From the IMG/VR virus record IMGVR_UViG_3300021429_002418, positions 1,708 to 65,707 of that record: 64,000 bases of DNA; one strand, given 5' to 3'. The DNA comes from a virus (taxonomy: Duplodnaviria > Caudoviricetes). A model generated the notes under the pieces. It was not told the origin of the DNA, ran no database searches, and saw nothing but the letters and a program-made list of their open reading frames with translations. Below are positions 8,399 to 17,131 of the stretch, one piece after another (within the stretch, counting starts at the first letter, position 1; each line of letters begins with the position of its first letter). A program made the position numbers and the translations under genes.

Positions 8399-8866
8399 AT
8401 GTTTTCAGGTATTTCTCAGAGTTCGTTGAATGTTGTAGCACTTGGCATTGTAGGTGTTTTCATTCTTGGTGCTATAATTTTTCTTTATTGGAAATATATT
8501 GCTGTTGGTGCTTTGGCTTTGTTTACTGTTGTTGTACTTGCAAACCAGTCATATGATAAAATTGTGGCCAATAAAGTTGAACCGCAGGTGATTGAACAAT
8601 TTATAATTGAACCACCAAAGGTTGTAGCAACACCAAAGAATGAACTTATAACCGAAGACTCTGAAGAAAAACCACTATTCATGGAAGATTGCCTGAGATT
8701 GACGGACTATACCGAAGAAAAGTGTGCAAAGATTTGGAACAAAATTCAAAGTCCTGATGTTGACCTGCTCGATGTTGAGAATGTTGAATACAAGAAACGG
8801 CGAGCAGAAGCACTGAAGAAACCTGGTGCCATTGTTGCTCAATTTACACTACAAGATAGGAAGTAA
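8399..8866 (+). CDS. hypothetical membrane protein
   Basis: two N-terminal hydrophobic segments; SD AGGTG. Confidence 0.7.
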   Translation: MFSGISQSSLNVVALGIVGVFILGAIIFLYWKYIAVGALALFTVVVLANQSYDKIVANKVEPQVIEQFIIEPPKVVATPKNELITEDSEEKPLFMEDCLRLTDYTEEKCAKIWNKIQSPDVDLLDVENVEYKKRRAEALKKPGAIVAQFTLQDRK

Positions 8867-8867
8867 T

Positions 8868-9227
8868 ATGATTAAGTTATATCGCGGCATCGTTGATATT
8901 CTATTAACACAATCGCGTGACATGGGTGGGCAGGTTAGCAAACACATCCGAGGTACTCTGACCAACAAGAATGTGGAAGAGAATGAAAATGGTACCACAG
9001 GAATATGGAACTTATTGCTCGAGGTAATCTTTTTGGTTTTTGGCCAATTGATCTTGCTTGTTGGACTTTCTATTGTTGCATCATTTGCAATTGTGTTTTT
9101 CCCAATGCAAGCTGTTTGGCGTGCTTTTATGGATATGACAAACTTTCGAACATCCTACAATAATATTGGTGAAAACCAACCGGTGAGTGTCGAACCAAAA
9201 TTAGACAAAAATACAACACAGGCTTGA
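8868..9227 (+). CDS. hypothetical membrane protein
   Basis: in-frame ATG at 8868; long central hydrophobic stretch. Confidence 0.65.
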   Translation: MIKLYRGIVDILLTQSRDMGGQVSKHIRGTLTNKNVEENENGTTGIWNLLLEVIFLVFGQLILLVGLSIVASFAIVFFPMQAVWRAFMDMTNFRTSYNNIGENQPVSVEPKLDKNTTQA

Positions 9228-9252
9228 CCTATATAAAAGTTTATGTTACAAT
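9224..9252 (+). promoter_or_regulatory. sigma70-type promoter
   Basis: TTGACC 9224-9229, 17 bp spacer, TACAAT 9247-9252. Confidence 0.6.
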
Positions 9253-9261
9253 GGAATCATT

Positions 9262-10185
9262 ATGAAAATCGCAATTTGTTCAGACCTACACCTAGAATTT
9301 GGTACAATCTCGCTTGAGAATACCGACCACGCAGATGTATTAATTTTATCAGGTGATATCTGTGTTGCAAAAGACATTCTCAAAAAGAATCAGGCTGATG
9401 TTGGATTCTCTAACCTACGCTCAGAAAAAATTCATTTATTTTTTGAAGAATGCTGTGCAAGATTTCCATATGTGGTATACATATTCGGTAACCATGAACA
9501 CTATAATGGTGATTTTAGCAACACTTTTGAACGTATCCGTGATTGCCTTGATTATCTACCTAATTTACACATTCTTGATAAGCAAGTTGTAACATTGGGT
9601 GATATCACTTTCATTGGTGGTACATTGTGGACTGATATGAATCGTGAAGATTCTATCACACTGATGCATATGACAAGCATGATGAATGATTTCCGTTGTG
9701 TTACTAACAGCAATCGTCAGGTGAATTACAAGGAGTTTGTGCCTGTAGATAAACCTGTTTTTATGACTGATGAAGAATGGTTGCAACAGCCTACTGAGGC
9801 ACGGCACAAACCTGTTTTCAAAACACGCGATGCCAAGTTTGCACCAGAAGATGCTGTGGTTGACCATCGTGAATTTTTGGAATATATCAAACTCATTGTT
9901 GAAGGTAAGCACGATCAAAAGTTTGTGGTGTGTGGTCATCATGCACCTAGCCGTGCCTCTACGCATCCAAGATATAAAGCTGATGAAATAATGAATGGTG
10001 GTTATAGTTCAGACTTATCTGAATTCATTTTGGATAGGCCACAGATTAAACTGTGGACACACGGACACACACATAACCCATTTGATTATGTGATTGGTAC
10101 GACACGGATTGTTTGTAATCCTCGTGGTTATATTGGTTATGAGCAGGAAGCTGATAACTTTGAATTGAAATTTGTTGAGGTGTAA
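9262..10185 (+). CDS. calcineurin-like metallophosphoesterase
   Basis: SDLH, SGD, GNHE, HH and GHTH motifs; CNPRGY end. Confidence 0.9.
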   Translation: MKIAICSDLHLEFGTISLENTDHADVLILSGDICVAKDILKKNQADVGFSNLRSEKIHLFFEECCARFPYVVYIFGNHEHYNGDFSNTFERIRDCLDYLPNLHILDKQVVTLGDITFIGGTLWTDMNREDSITLMHMTSMMNDFRCVTNSNRQVNYKEFVPVDKPVFMTDEEWLQQPTEARHKPVFKTRDAKFAPEDAVVDHREFLEYIKLIVEGKHDQKFVVCGHHAPSRASTHPRYKADEIMNGGYSSDLSEFILDRPQIKLWTHGHTHNPFDYVIGTTRIVCNPRGYIGYEQEADNFELKFVEV

Positions 10186-10186
10186 T

Positions 10187-10477
10187 ATGGAAAAAAAATT
10201 GTATATGGTTGAAACAATTTCAACCTTTCGTATGCGTTATGTTGTTGAAGCCAATGAAGAATCACACGCTCTTGATGAGGTAACATGCCAACTTGGTTTG
10301 GATGGTTCGTCCTTCAAAGAGTTTTCACAAAATCATGTTGATGAAACTATATTTTCTAGCCGAGAAATTACTGATGAAGAGTTCTTAAAAGAATTCGATA
10401 AAGATAATGGTTATCTAGCTTCTTGGCCAATTGAAAACAAACGCGAATACATTAACGAAATCGATTACGATAAATGA
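10187..10477 (+). CDS. hypothetical protein
   Basis: ATG at 10187 after GAGG. Confidence 0.7.
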   Translation: MEKKLYMVETISTFRMRYVVEANEESHALDEVTCQLGLDGSSFKEFSQNHVDETIFSSREITDEEFLKEFDKDNGYLASWPIENKREYINEIDYDK

Positions 10478-11310
10478 AGAAAAAGATTCTTATCACAGGT
10501 AGTTCGGGATACATTGGCCGACACCTGTGTTCCGTATTGCAACATGATTATGTTGTCGGTTTAGATTATGTTTTTCAAAAACAGATGACCGATGATTTCG
10601 TATTGCAAGACATTAATAAGGATATTTGGAATGACCAATTTGAACACTTTGATGTTGTGGTGCATCTTGCAGCATTGGTTAATGTTGCTGAATCTATGCA
10701 AAAACCAATGGAGTATTTCAAGACAAATGTGAGTGGTACATTGAAGGTGCTGGCGAATACAAGTTTCGACCATTTCATCTTTGCATCAACTGGTGCGGCT
10801 GAAAATCCAATCAGTCCATATGCATTGTCAAAGTTGCAAACGGAATCTTTGGTGCGTGAGTATTGTAGAATAAAGAAACTGAATCACACAATTTTTCGTT
10901 TCTATAATGTGATAGGTTCGAATGGTTATGATCCAACTAATCCAGATGGATTGATGTATAATTTAATGAAAGCAGGTGATACAGGTGTCTTTAATCTTTA
11001 TGGTGATAATTACGCTACACATGATGGTACCGCCATTCGTGATTATGTACACGTATTGGAAATATGCGAATCCATTCAACGTGCTATTGTACAACCTCCT
11101 GTCAATGGAGTAGTTGAGAATTTGGGTTCAGGCACTGGCCATACTGTACAGGAAATTGTAGATGCATTTAAGGTCGCCAATGGTTGCGACTTCAGGGTAA
11201 ATTATTTACCAAGGCGTGAGGGTGATTTACCTGTATCCAGATTGGCAGATGTATCTCCGTATATGCAAAAGCGGTTCACATTGGAACAAATGTTGAGGAT
11301 TAAAAAATGA
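10474..11310 (+). CDS. galE: NAD-dependent epimerase/dehydratase, UDP-glucose 4-epimerase-like
   Basis: ITGSSGYIG Rossmann motif, VVHLAA, YALSK (YxxxK), RDYVHV, RREGD. Confidence 0.85.
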   Translation: MKKKILITGSSGYIGRHLCSVLQHDYVVGLDYVFQKQMTDDFVLQDINKDIWNDQFEHFDVVVHLAALVNVAESMQKPMEYFKTNVSGTLKVLANTSFDHFIFASTGAAENPISPYALSKLQTESLVREYCRIKKLNHTIFRFYNVIGSNGYDPTNPDGLMYNLMKAGDTGVFNLYGDNYATHDGTAIRDYVHVLEICESIQRAIVQPPVNGVVENLGSGTGHTVQEIVDAFKVANGCDFRVNYLPRREGDLPVSRLADVSPYMQKRFTLEQMLRIKK

Positions 11311-12029
11311 AAGTTTATCTAAGTAACTACCGAGATCATTGGATCTCACCTTACACCATTTTAGACTATGTGTTTTTCTGGACTGATTGGTCAAAGTGCA
11401 GTCGTGATAAGAGCATTGAATTTGCACCGACACGCAAGTATATAGATCGTCCGGACTGGTGTGATAAGTGGAGTGACAGACTGGAACCTATTAGTGAAGC
11501 AATCCGTTTTGTGATGAACAAAATACACCCAAGAATTAATTATGTGAAGATTGACAAGTGGGACACTTGGTCTATGGACAGCACCCTTGCGCCGATTATT
11601 CTTCCTATGCTTAAACAGTTAAAGTTGGAAAAACAAGGTTCAGCTCTGGTTGATTTGAATGATGTTCCTGAACACCTCAGATTCACCACCACAGAAGACT
11701 ATGATAGCCAACGCACATTCGACTTCTATAAAGAAACAGTCACAGAAGAAGATGTAGGACCAAATGTACATACTCGTTGGGATTGGGTTATGGGTGAAAT
11801 GATTTGGGCCTTTGAACAACTCAGTGATGAAAATTGGGAAAATCAATATTGGACTGTACATCCCGAAATTGATTTAACCAAATATCCAGAAGATGAAGGT
11901 AAAACATCAGTGCCTCTCCGTTGGAAAGTAGAAGGTGATGCTGATTGGAAAGGCATGGAGAAACACCGAGCTCGTATTCAAAATGGCCTGCGGTTATTTG
12001 GTGTATATTTTCAAGGTCTTTGGGATTAA
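11307..12029 (+). CDS. conserved hypothetical phage protein
   Basis: 240 aa ORF; DTWSMDSTLAPIILPMLKQLK and RWDWVMGEMIWAF motifs. Confidence 0.75.
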   Translation: MKVYLSNYRDHWISPYTILDYVFFWTDWSKCSRDKSIEFAPTRKYIDRPDWCDKWSDRLEPISEAIRFVMNKIHPRINYVKIDKWDTWSMDSTLAPIILPMLKQLKLEKQGSALVDLNDVPEHLRFTTTEDYDSQRTFDFYKETVTEEDVGPNVHTRWDWVMGEMIWAFEQLSDENWENQYWTVHPEIDLTKYPEDEGKTSVPLRWKVEGDADWKGMEKHRARIQNGLRLFGVYFQGLWD

Positions 12030-12031
12030 TC

Positions 12032-12262
12032 ATGTTTTCAATATTAAATTTTATATCGTCAAGTCAGAGGTTAAAAGAATCTCATAAGACAATTCGTATG
12101 ATGGGTGGACCAGAAGAATGTAATTCAATGGTACTAGCACAACATGAAATGATTGAGTTGGAGGTCAATTACTACCGAGATGAATCCAAGAAATCTGGAG
12201 TCATTTTTGTTGTATTGATGTTTATTGTGGCGGGTGTTCTTTTATATTTGGATGTGTTATGA
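12032..12262 (+). CDS. hypothetical membrane protein
   Basis: in-frame ATG at 12032; C-terminal hydrophobic segment. Confidence 0.6.
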   Translation: MFSILNFISSSQRLKESHKTIRMMGGPEECNSMVLAQHEMIELEVNYYRDESKKSGVIFVVLMFIVAGVLLYLDVL

Positions 12263-12501
12263 TTAAAAAGATGTATGAATTTATTAAACTAAATATCACC
12301 AACTGGTTGACAACAATTCTGGCATGTGTTATACTGTATCAGGTCTATAACCTGGATAGTAAGACAACAGCTCTTACAGAATTCAAAGATGGTATTCAAA
12401 ACCATCTGTTGTGGTCTATCAGTGGTGAGTGTTATTTTGTCCGGCCGCAAACTGAAAAAACAGTTTTCTTGGTCCGTGTGTTAGATTGTGATAAAAAATA
12501 A
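12259..12501 (+). CDS. hypothetical membrane-anchored protein
   Basis: N-terminal TM-like segment; ATGA overlap. Confidence 0.65.
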   Translation: MIKKMYEFIKLNITNWLTTILACVILYQVYNLDSKTTALTEFKDGIQNHLLWSISGECYFVRPQTEKTVFLVRVLDCDKK

Positions 12502-12511
12502 GGAACTAATT

Positions 12512-12811
12512 ATGTCACTATTCGTTGAAGTCAACTCTGTTGAAAAAGGTTGTCCAGTTATTATTAACCTGGATCTTGTTGTAGAAATTGTACCTCTTGC
12601 TGCTGGCGGTTGTGCTCTGTTCACCGCAGACAATGCTGGTGTAAATTCAAAAAGTGCTATGCGAGTAACCAATAGTTACGATGAATTCAAACAATTTGCA
12701 TTGCAACCAGTAAGTGTCGCAGATGTGCAACGCATCACAGCAGGCGCTTTAGGTAAAGTTAAAGAAACTAATAAATCAAAATCAGCCGAGTTGGAAATCC
12801 CAAAATTGTAA
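12512..12811 (+). CDS. hypothetical protein
   Basis: SD AAGGA, ATG at 12512. Confidence 0.7.
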   Translation: MSLFVEVNSVEKGCPVIINLDLVVEIVPLAAGGCALFTADNAGVNSKSAMRVTNSYDEFKQFALQPVSVADVQRITAGALGKVKETNKSKSAELEIPKL

Positions 12812-12818
12812 ATTACAA

Positions 12819-13109
12819 ATGATTATTGATTTATTCAAACCAACTATACAGTGGATATATGATGATTACAAAACTAACCCATTTCGTTTCGGAGTGGAAG
12901 TTCTGGCTTGGGCTATCAGTATTGGGTGCAGCATTACGATGGCTGCCACTGTCCCTAATCCACCTTTACTTGTACTTTATCCTATTTGGATTGCTGGTTG
13001 TTCTATGTATGCTTGGGCTAGTTATACTAGGAAATCATTTGGCATGTTGGCTAACTACATCTTGTTAGTCAGCATTGATACTATTGGTCTGATTCGGATG
13101 TTAATGTGA
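12819..13109 (+). CDS. small multi-pass membrane protein
   Basis: three hydrophobic segments. Confidence 0.7.
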   Translation: MIIDLFKPTIQWIYDDYKTNPFRFGVEVLAWAISIGCSITMAATVPNPPLLVLYPIWIAGCSMYAWASYTRKSFGMLANYILLVSIDTIGLIRMLM

Positions 13110-13351
13110 TTAATTTAACTAGTAAAAAAATTTACCCACCGACACCAACCCCGATTGCTATTGATTTTGTTAAACCATTATCATATCAATTTCAGGTTGC
13201 GGAGATTCTTGGTGATGATGGCCAAGTTGCAACAGTGAAACTTCAGGTTCAAATTTGGGAACATGATGAACTTGGTTACGGTGTAGTAAAACAAGGTTGG
13301 ACTGATGTGCCTCGGGTTAAATTTGATAAATACGGCGGAATGATAGTATGA
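13106..13351 (+). CDS. hypothetical protein
   Basis: packed ORF, GTG start overlapping the upstream stop. Confidence 0.6.
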   Translation: MINLTSKKIYPPTPTPIAIDFVKPLSYQFQVAEILGDDGQVATVKLQVQIWEHDELGYGVVKQGWTDVPRVKFDKYGGMIV

Positions 13352-13380
13352 ATATCACAATGAATTGAAATATTCAAAAT

Positions 13381-13388
13381 GATAAATA
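13381..13388 (+). promoter_or_regulatory. T4-type late promoter box (GATAAATA)
   Basis: variant of TATAAATA in an intergenic gap upstream of SD AAAGGAGA. Confidence 0.6.
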
Positions 13389-13410
13389 GTTGTAAGTAAA
13401 GGAGAAAATA

Positions 13411-13908
13411 ATGTTACCTACAACCAGAAAATCTGCTCAACAACAAGGTGAAAAATATTATTTTACAGGTAAACAATGTCCACAGGGACACACCAGTAAA
13501 AGATATTCTCATAATGGAGTTTGTTATGATTGTGTTATGATATCGAATAAACGTTGGTATGATAAAAATAAAACCGACATTGAATGGAGAAAAAAACGTT
13601 TATTTACTTCATTGATGAATCGAGCTATATCCAAACATATACCTTTTAATTTAGAATATTCGGACATTGAGTGGAACACCACTTGCCCCGTGTTTGGAAC
13701 TGTGTTACAATATGATTTAATTGACGGTCCGTATGATAACTCAGCATCTTTTGATAAAGTTGATCCAAAACTTGGTTATATCAAAGGTAATGTAAAAATT
13801 ATATCACACCGGGCAAATTGGTTAAAACAAGATTCTACAACTGAACAATTAGAATCAATAATTCGTTATATGAAAGAACACAATGAACATATTTTATCTA
13901 TCACATGA
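13411..13908 (+). mobile_element. free-standing HNH/His-Me-finger (homing) endonuclease
   Basis: N-terminal FTGKQCPQGH...CYDC zinc motif; C-terminal SFDKVDPKLGYIKGNVKIISHRANWLK beta-beta-alpha-Me pattern; overlaps the next gene by 26 bp. Confidence 0.7.
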
Positions 13909-14458
13909 TGTTAAAGAATGTGCAAAATTCCACAATGACCGTCACACAATAAAAATGATTCTAGAATATGCTCAACTTCTTTCTACTGCTCACCGTGTTC
14001 TTGATGGCACTTTGTCTGTTGGCCTCTCTAAAACTGGTCGTAAACAAACTAGATATGTTCTTCCTGACGGCCGTGAGTCTAAGCTCTATGTTGCTACTCA
14101 TATCAATCATCCTTCAGCAATATGGTGCAGGCAGTCTTATGCAAATTATGTTTGGTTGTCTAAACTGTTGACAGAATTGTGCCGTGAGTACACCTATCGT
14201 TATGGTAAAGTTCATAAAGTTGAAGCATCTGGTCTTGAAGAAGAATTGATGTATCCACCAATGAACATATCACCAGTTACAGTTCCATTCACAGAACCAA
14301 CACCTGCAATGCCAGATGAAGATAAAGTTCCAGGTGATTCTATAGCTTCATATCATAATTACTATATAAATAAAAAGACACATTTGGCCAAGTGGTCAGG
14401 TAAATATAATTCTCGAAATGTACCGGAGTGGTTCAATGCCAACTTATCAGTTTTTTAA
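13883..14458 (+). CDS. pyrimidine dimer DNA glycosylase/endonuclease V-like protein
   Basis: MNIFYLS...KMILEYAQLL...THINHPSAIW...NYVWL...EYTYRYGKVH...AMPD motifs. Confidence 0.75.
   Translation: MNIFYLSHDVKECAKFHNDRHTIKMILEYAQLLSTAHRVLDGTLSVGLSKTGRKQTRYVLPDGRESKLYVATHINHPSAIWCRQSYANYVWLSKLLTELCREYTYRYGKVHKVEASGLEEELMYPPMNISPVTVPFTEPTPAMPDEDKVPGDSIASYHNYYINKKTHLAKWSGKYNSRNVPEWFNANLSVF
14365..14372 (+). promoter_or_regulatory. T4-type late promoter box (TATAAATA), inside the upstream gene
   Basis: exact T4 late consensus upstream of the ATG at 14436. Confidence 0.45.
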
Positions 14459-14717
14459 TTCAAATACAAATGAAGTCGAAGAGCACATAATGAAAATTGC
14501 TCAGTATGATGAATTCAAACAAAACAATACACATCTTGAACGATACTTTAGTGTCGAGGGTCTTGCTGGACTTGGTGATGGAATGCGTATGAGTACACCA
14601 GGAACGGGTCAGGCAGACTCCACATTTGAGAAGTATATCATTAATCGAATGAAAGAAACCATACCCGGAAACACAATGAAGGCTGGCCACAAAACGAAAA
14701 TGTCGAGGGAGTGGTAA
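14436..14717 (+). CDS. conserved T4-like small protein (FmdB-like MPTYxF start)
   Basis: ATG at 14436 after GGAG; MPTYQF start. Confidence 0.7.
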   Translation: MPTYQFFNSNTNEVEEHIMKIAQYDEFKQNNTHLERYFSVEGLAGLGDGMRMSTPGTGQADSTFEKYIINRMKETIPGNTMKAGHKTKMSREW

Positions 14718-14893
14718 TGCCCCAAGTGCCAGCTTTATTTCTACCTAAAAAGAAACCTGATACACAGGTAAAAAACATAAAAAAGAATCGTAAGAAACTT
14801 CCTACTGATTCGGATAAAAAGACTTCTGCATTATTCAAAGGGAGAAATGATGGTTACCAAAAGATCAACGGCGAAGTATACGGAACAACATGA
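14711..14893 (+). CDS. hypothetical basic protein
   Basis: 60 aa ORF overlapping the phoH start by 47 bp. Confidence 0.35.
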   Translation: MVMPQVPALFLPKKKPDTQVKNIKKNRKKLPTDSDKKTSALFKGRNDGYQKINGEVYGTT

Positions 14894-15608
14894 TGACGAT
14901 GCGAAAACTAGGCATCAACCAGTTACAAGTAATTCTTTAAAAATTAAACTGGATCATTTAAAAACCTTTGAACCACTAACCGAGAATCAAAGACTATTCT
15001 TTGAGATGTATAAAGGTGGTGCGTATTTTATGGGACTGTTTGGTAGTCCGGGTGTAGGTAAAACCTTCTTAGCATTGTACAAAGCTATTGAAGAAGTACT
15101 AGATAAAAATAACTCATTTAAACAGGTAGTGGTTGTACGCAGTCTGGTACAATTGCGTGATGTTGGATACTTGCCAGGTAACTTGGATGAAAAACAAGAA
15201 ATCTATGAGTTGCCATACAAAGAAATTTGTAATACACTATTCGGAAGACCTGATGCATGGGACAGATTGAAAGAACAGAGTTATGTGCGTTTCATTTCTA
15301 CCACTGCAATCCGTGGTATCTCCATCGATGATGCAATCATTCTTGTGGATGAAAACCAAAACTTAAATTGGTCTGAAGTCAATACAATCATTACACGGGT
15401 TGGGCATCGGTCAAAGATTATTTTCTCTGGTGACTTTAAACAGACAGACTTGATTAAGAGTAACAAAGACCAAACATCTTTCCATGATTTCCTTGAAGTG
15501 GCTCGTAAGATGCCATCGTTCCAAGAAATCTACTTTACACCAGATGACATTGTTCGAAGTAGTCTAGTGAAACAATGGATCGTGGCCTGTGAAGAACTTG
15601 GTTATTGA
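14847..15608 (+). CDS. phoH: PhoH-like ATPase
   Basis: GSPGVGKT, GYLPG, IRGISIDD, VDENQNL, TRVGHRSKIIFSGDFKQTDL, DIVRS. Confidence 0.92.
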   Translation: MMVTKRSTAKYTEQHDDDAKTRHQPVTSNSLKIKLDHLKTFEPLTENQRLFFEMYKGGAYFMGLFGSPGVGKTFLALYKAIEEVLDKNNSFKQVVVVRSLVQLRDVGYLPGNLDEKQEIYELPYKEICNTLFGRPDAWDRLKEQSYVRFISTTAIRGISIDDAIILVDENQNLNWSEVNTIITRVGHRSKIIFSGDFKQTDLIKSNKDQTSFHDFLEVARKMPSFQEIYFTPDDIVRSSLVKQWIVACEELGY

Positions 15609-15616
15609 TATAAATA
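15609..15616 (+). promoter_or_regulatory. T4-type late promoter box (TATAAATA) upstream of the radical SAM gene
   Basis: exact consensus in an intergenic gap. Confidence 0.7.
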
Positions 15617-15645
15617 TACAACTGTAATAAACTAACGGGAAAAAA

Positions 15646-17100
15646 ATGATTTTTGAAATCCAGGCCACAAAATTCGAAGATGGTGACACGAAGATGTTCA
15701 GTTATGATAACATGTCCAATGTATTGAAAGATGCTGATGGTAACATTTTTGAATATCCTGAAGATCAACGAACAGACAACTTCTTAAAACCATATAAGCC
15801 ATTTGATAAAAACCGACCACTGAAAAAAGCCAAGTTGATAAGTTGGTTGAAAATTCAAATGGGTTTGAGTTGTAACTATTCATGTGACTATTGCTCACAG
15901 AAGTTTGTTGAACGTCAACCTGAAACTTCCAAAAAAGATATCGATGTTTTTCTCGAAAAATTAGAAAACCTACATTTTGATGAAGATGTTGGACTAAAAA
16001 TTGAATTTTGGGGTGGCGAACCATTTGTTTATTGGAAAACAATGAAACCTTTGGCTGAAGCCATTGCAGAGAAATTTGATAGTTGGAAAACAAAGCCACA
16101 ATTTAGTGTCATCACAAATGGTTCAATTTTGACTGATGAAATTATTGATTGGTTGATGATGATGGACTTCTCTGTGTCTATATCACATGATGGTCCAGGA
16201 CAGTTTGTTCGTGGTCCTGATCCATTTGATGACCCAGAACAAAAAGAACGAATTCTTGGATTCTATAGAATGATGACAAGACTTGGAAAAAACATAAGCT
16301 TTAATTCCATGTTGAACGCTAAAAACCAAAGTAGAAAAGAAATTACTGATTGGTTTGTAAATTTAACAGGTGATAAGAATGTTAATTTAGGTGAAGGTTC
16401 TTTGGTTGATGCTTATGATGAAGATGGTATTTCAAATTCACTAATCACCAAACAGGACCATTTTAAATTTAGACAACGGTCATTTGGTGAATTGTACAGT
16501 GAAGGTCCAAATATTAGATTTATGGGCCAATTAGGTAAAGTCCAAGGATTAATTAATTCAATTTTAAACCACGATGAAGCAAAATATTTGGGACAAAAAT
16601 GTGGTATGGACGATGAACACACCATATCAGTTGACTTGCGCGGCAATGTTATGACATGCCAGAATGTGAGTTCATTGGAAATCTCCAAGAACGGTGAATC
16701 GCATCATGGCGGTACATTGGACGATTACTCAAATGTTGAATTGAAATCTGTCACACATTGGTCAAACCGAAAAGAATGTCCAGAGTGTCCAGTATTGCAT
16801 ATTTGCAAAGGTGCTTGTATGTTCTTGGATAAAAAGTTTTGGGACATTTCATGTGCTAATGCTTACTCAGACAATGTTGCACTATTTGCTGCTGCGTTTA
16901 CTATGGTGACAAATGGTTATATACCAACACTCATTAAAAGTGATACACTACCATTGGATAGACAAGATGTTTTTGGTACAATCTTCCAGCACGAAGAAGA
17001 AAAACAGAAAAAAATCATACCAATCAAGGTGGTTAACGAAATTATTGGTGTAGTCAATGAAATACCGGTGTATGGTAAATCACGATTAGAAACTTCATAA
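15646..17100 (+). CDS. radical SAM enzyme with C-terminal SPASM domain (peptide/protein maturase-like)
   Basis: CNYSCDYC (C76/C80/C83), FWGGEP, ITNGS, SISHDG; SPASM KCG...DLRGNVMTC and CPECPVLHICKGAC...C. Confidence 0.92.
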   Translation: MIFEIQATKFEDGDTKMFSYDNMSNVLKDADGNIFEYPEDQRTDNFLKPYKPFDKNRPLKKAKLISWLKIQMGLSCNYSCDYCSQKFVERQPETSKKDIDVFLEKLENLHFDEDVGLKIEFWGGEPFVYWKTMKPLAEAIAEKFDSWKTKPQFSVITNGSILTDEIIDWLMMMDFSVSISHDGPGQFVRGPDPFDDPEQKERILGFYRMMTRLGKNISFNSMLNAKNQSRKEITDWFVNLTGDKNVNLGEGSLVDAYDEDGISNSLITKQDHFKFRQRSFGELYSEGPNIRFMGQLGKVQGLINSILNHDEAKYLGQKCGMDDEHTISVDLRGNVMTCQNVSSLEISKNGESHHGGTLDDYSNVELKSVTHWSNRKECPECPVLHICKGACMFLDKKFWDISCANAYSDNVALFAAAFTMVTNGYIPTLIKSDTLPLDRQDVFGTIFQHEEEKQKKIIPIKVVNEIIGVVNEIPVYGKSRLETS

Positions 17101-17103
17101 ATA
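17096..17103 (+). promoter_or_regulatory. T4-type late promoter box (CATAAATA) upstream of the Asn-Cys protein
   Basis: same variant precedes gp48 (33423) and gp25 (39293). Confidence 0.65.
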
Positions 17104-17131
17104 ATAGAAACAACACTTTTAGAGTTAACAA

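Noticed and set aside
13411-13908. Group I intron around the endonuclease
   Set aside because: The flanking genes are intact separate ORFs, no intron core elements were seen, and the endonuclease has its own promoter and SD
14847-15608. phoH as a novel auxiliary gene
   Set aside because: It is widespread and well described in T4-like phages
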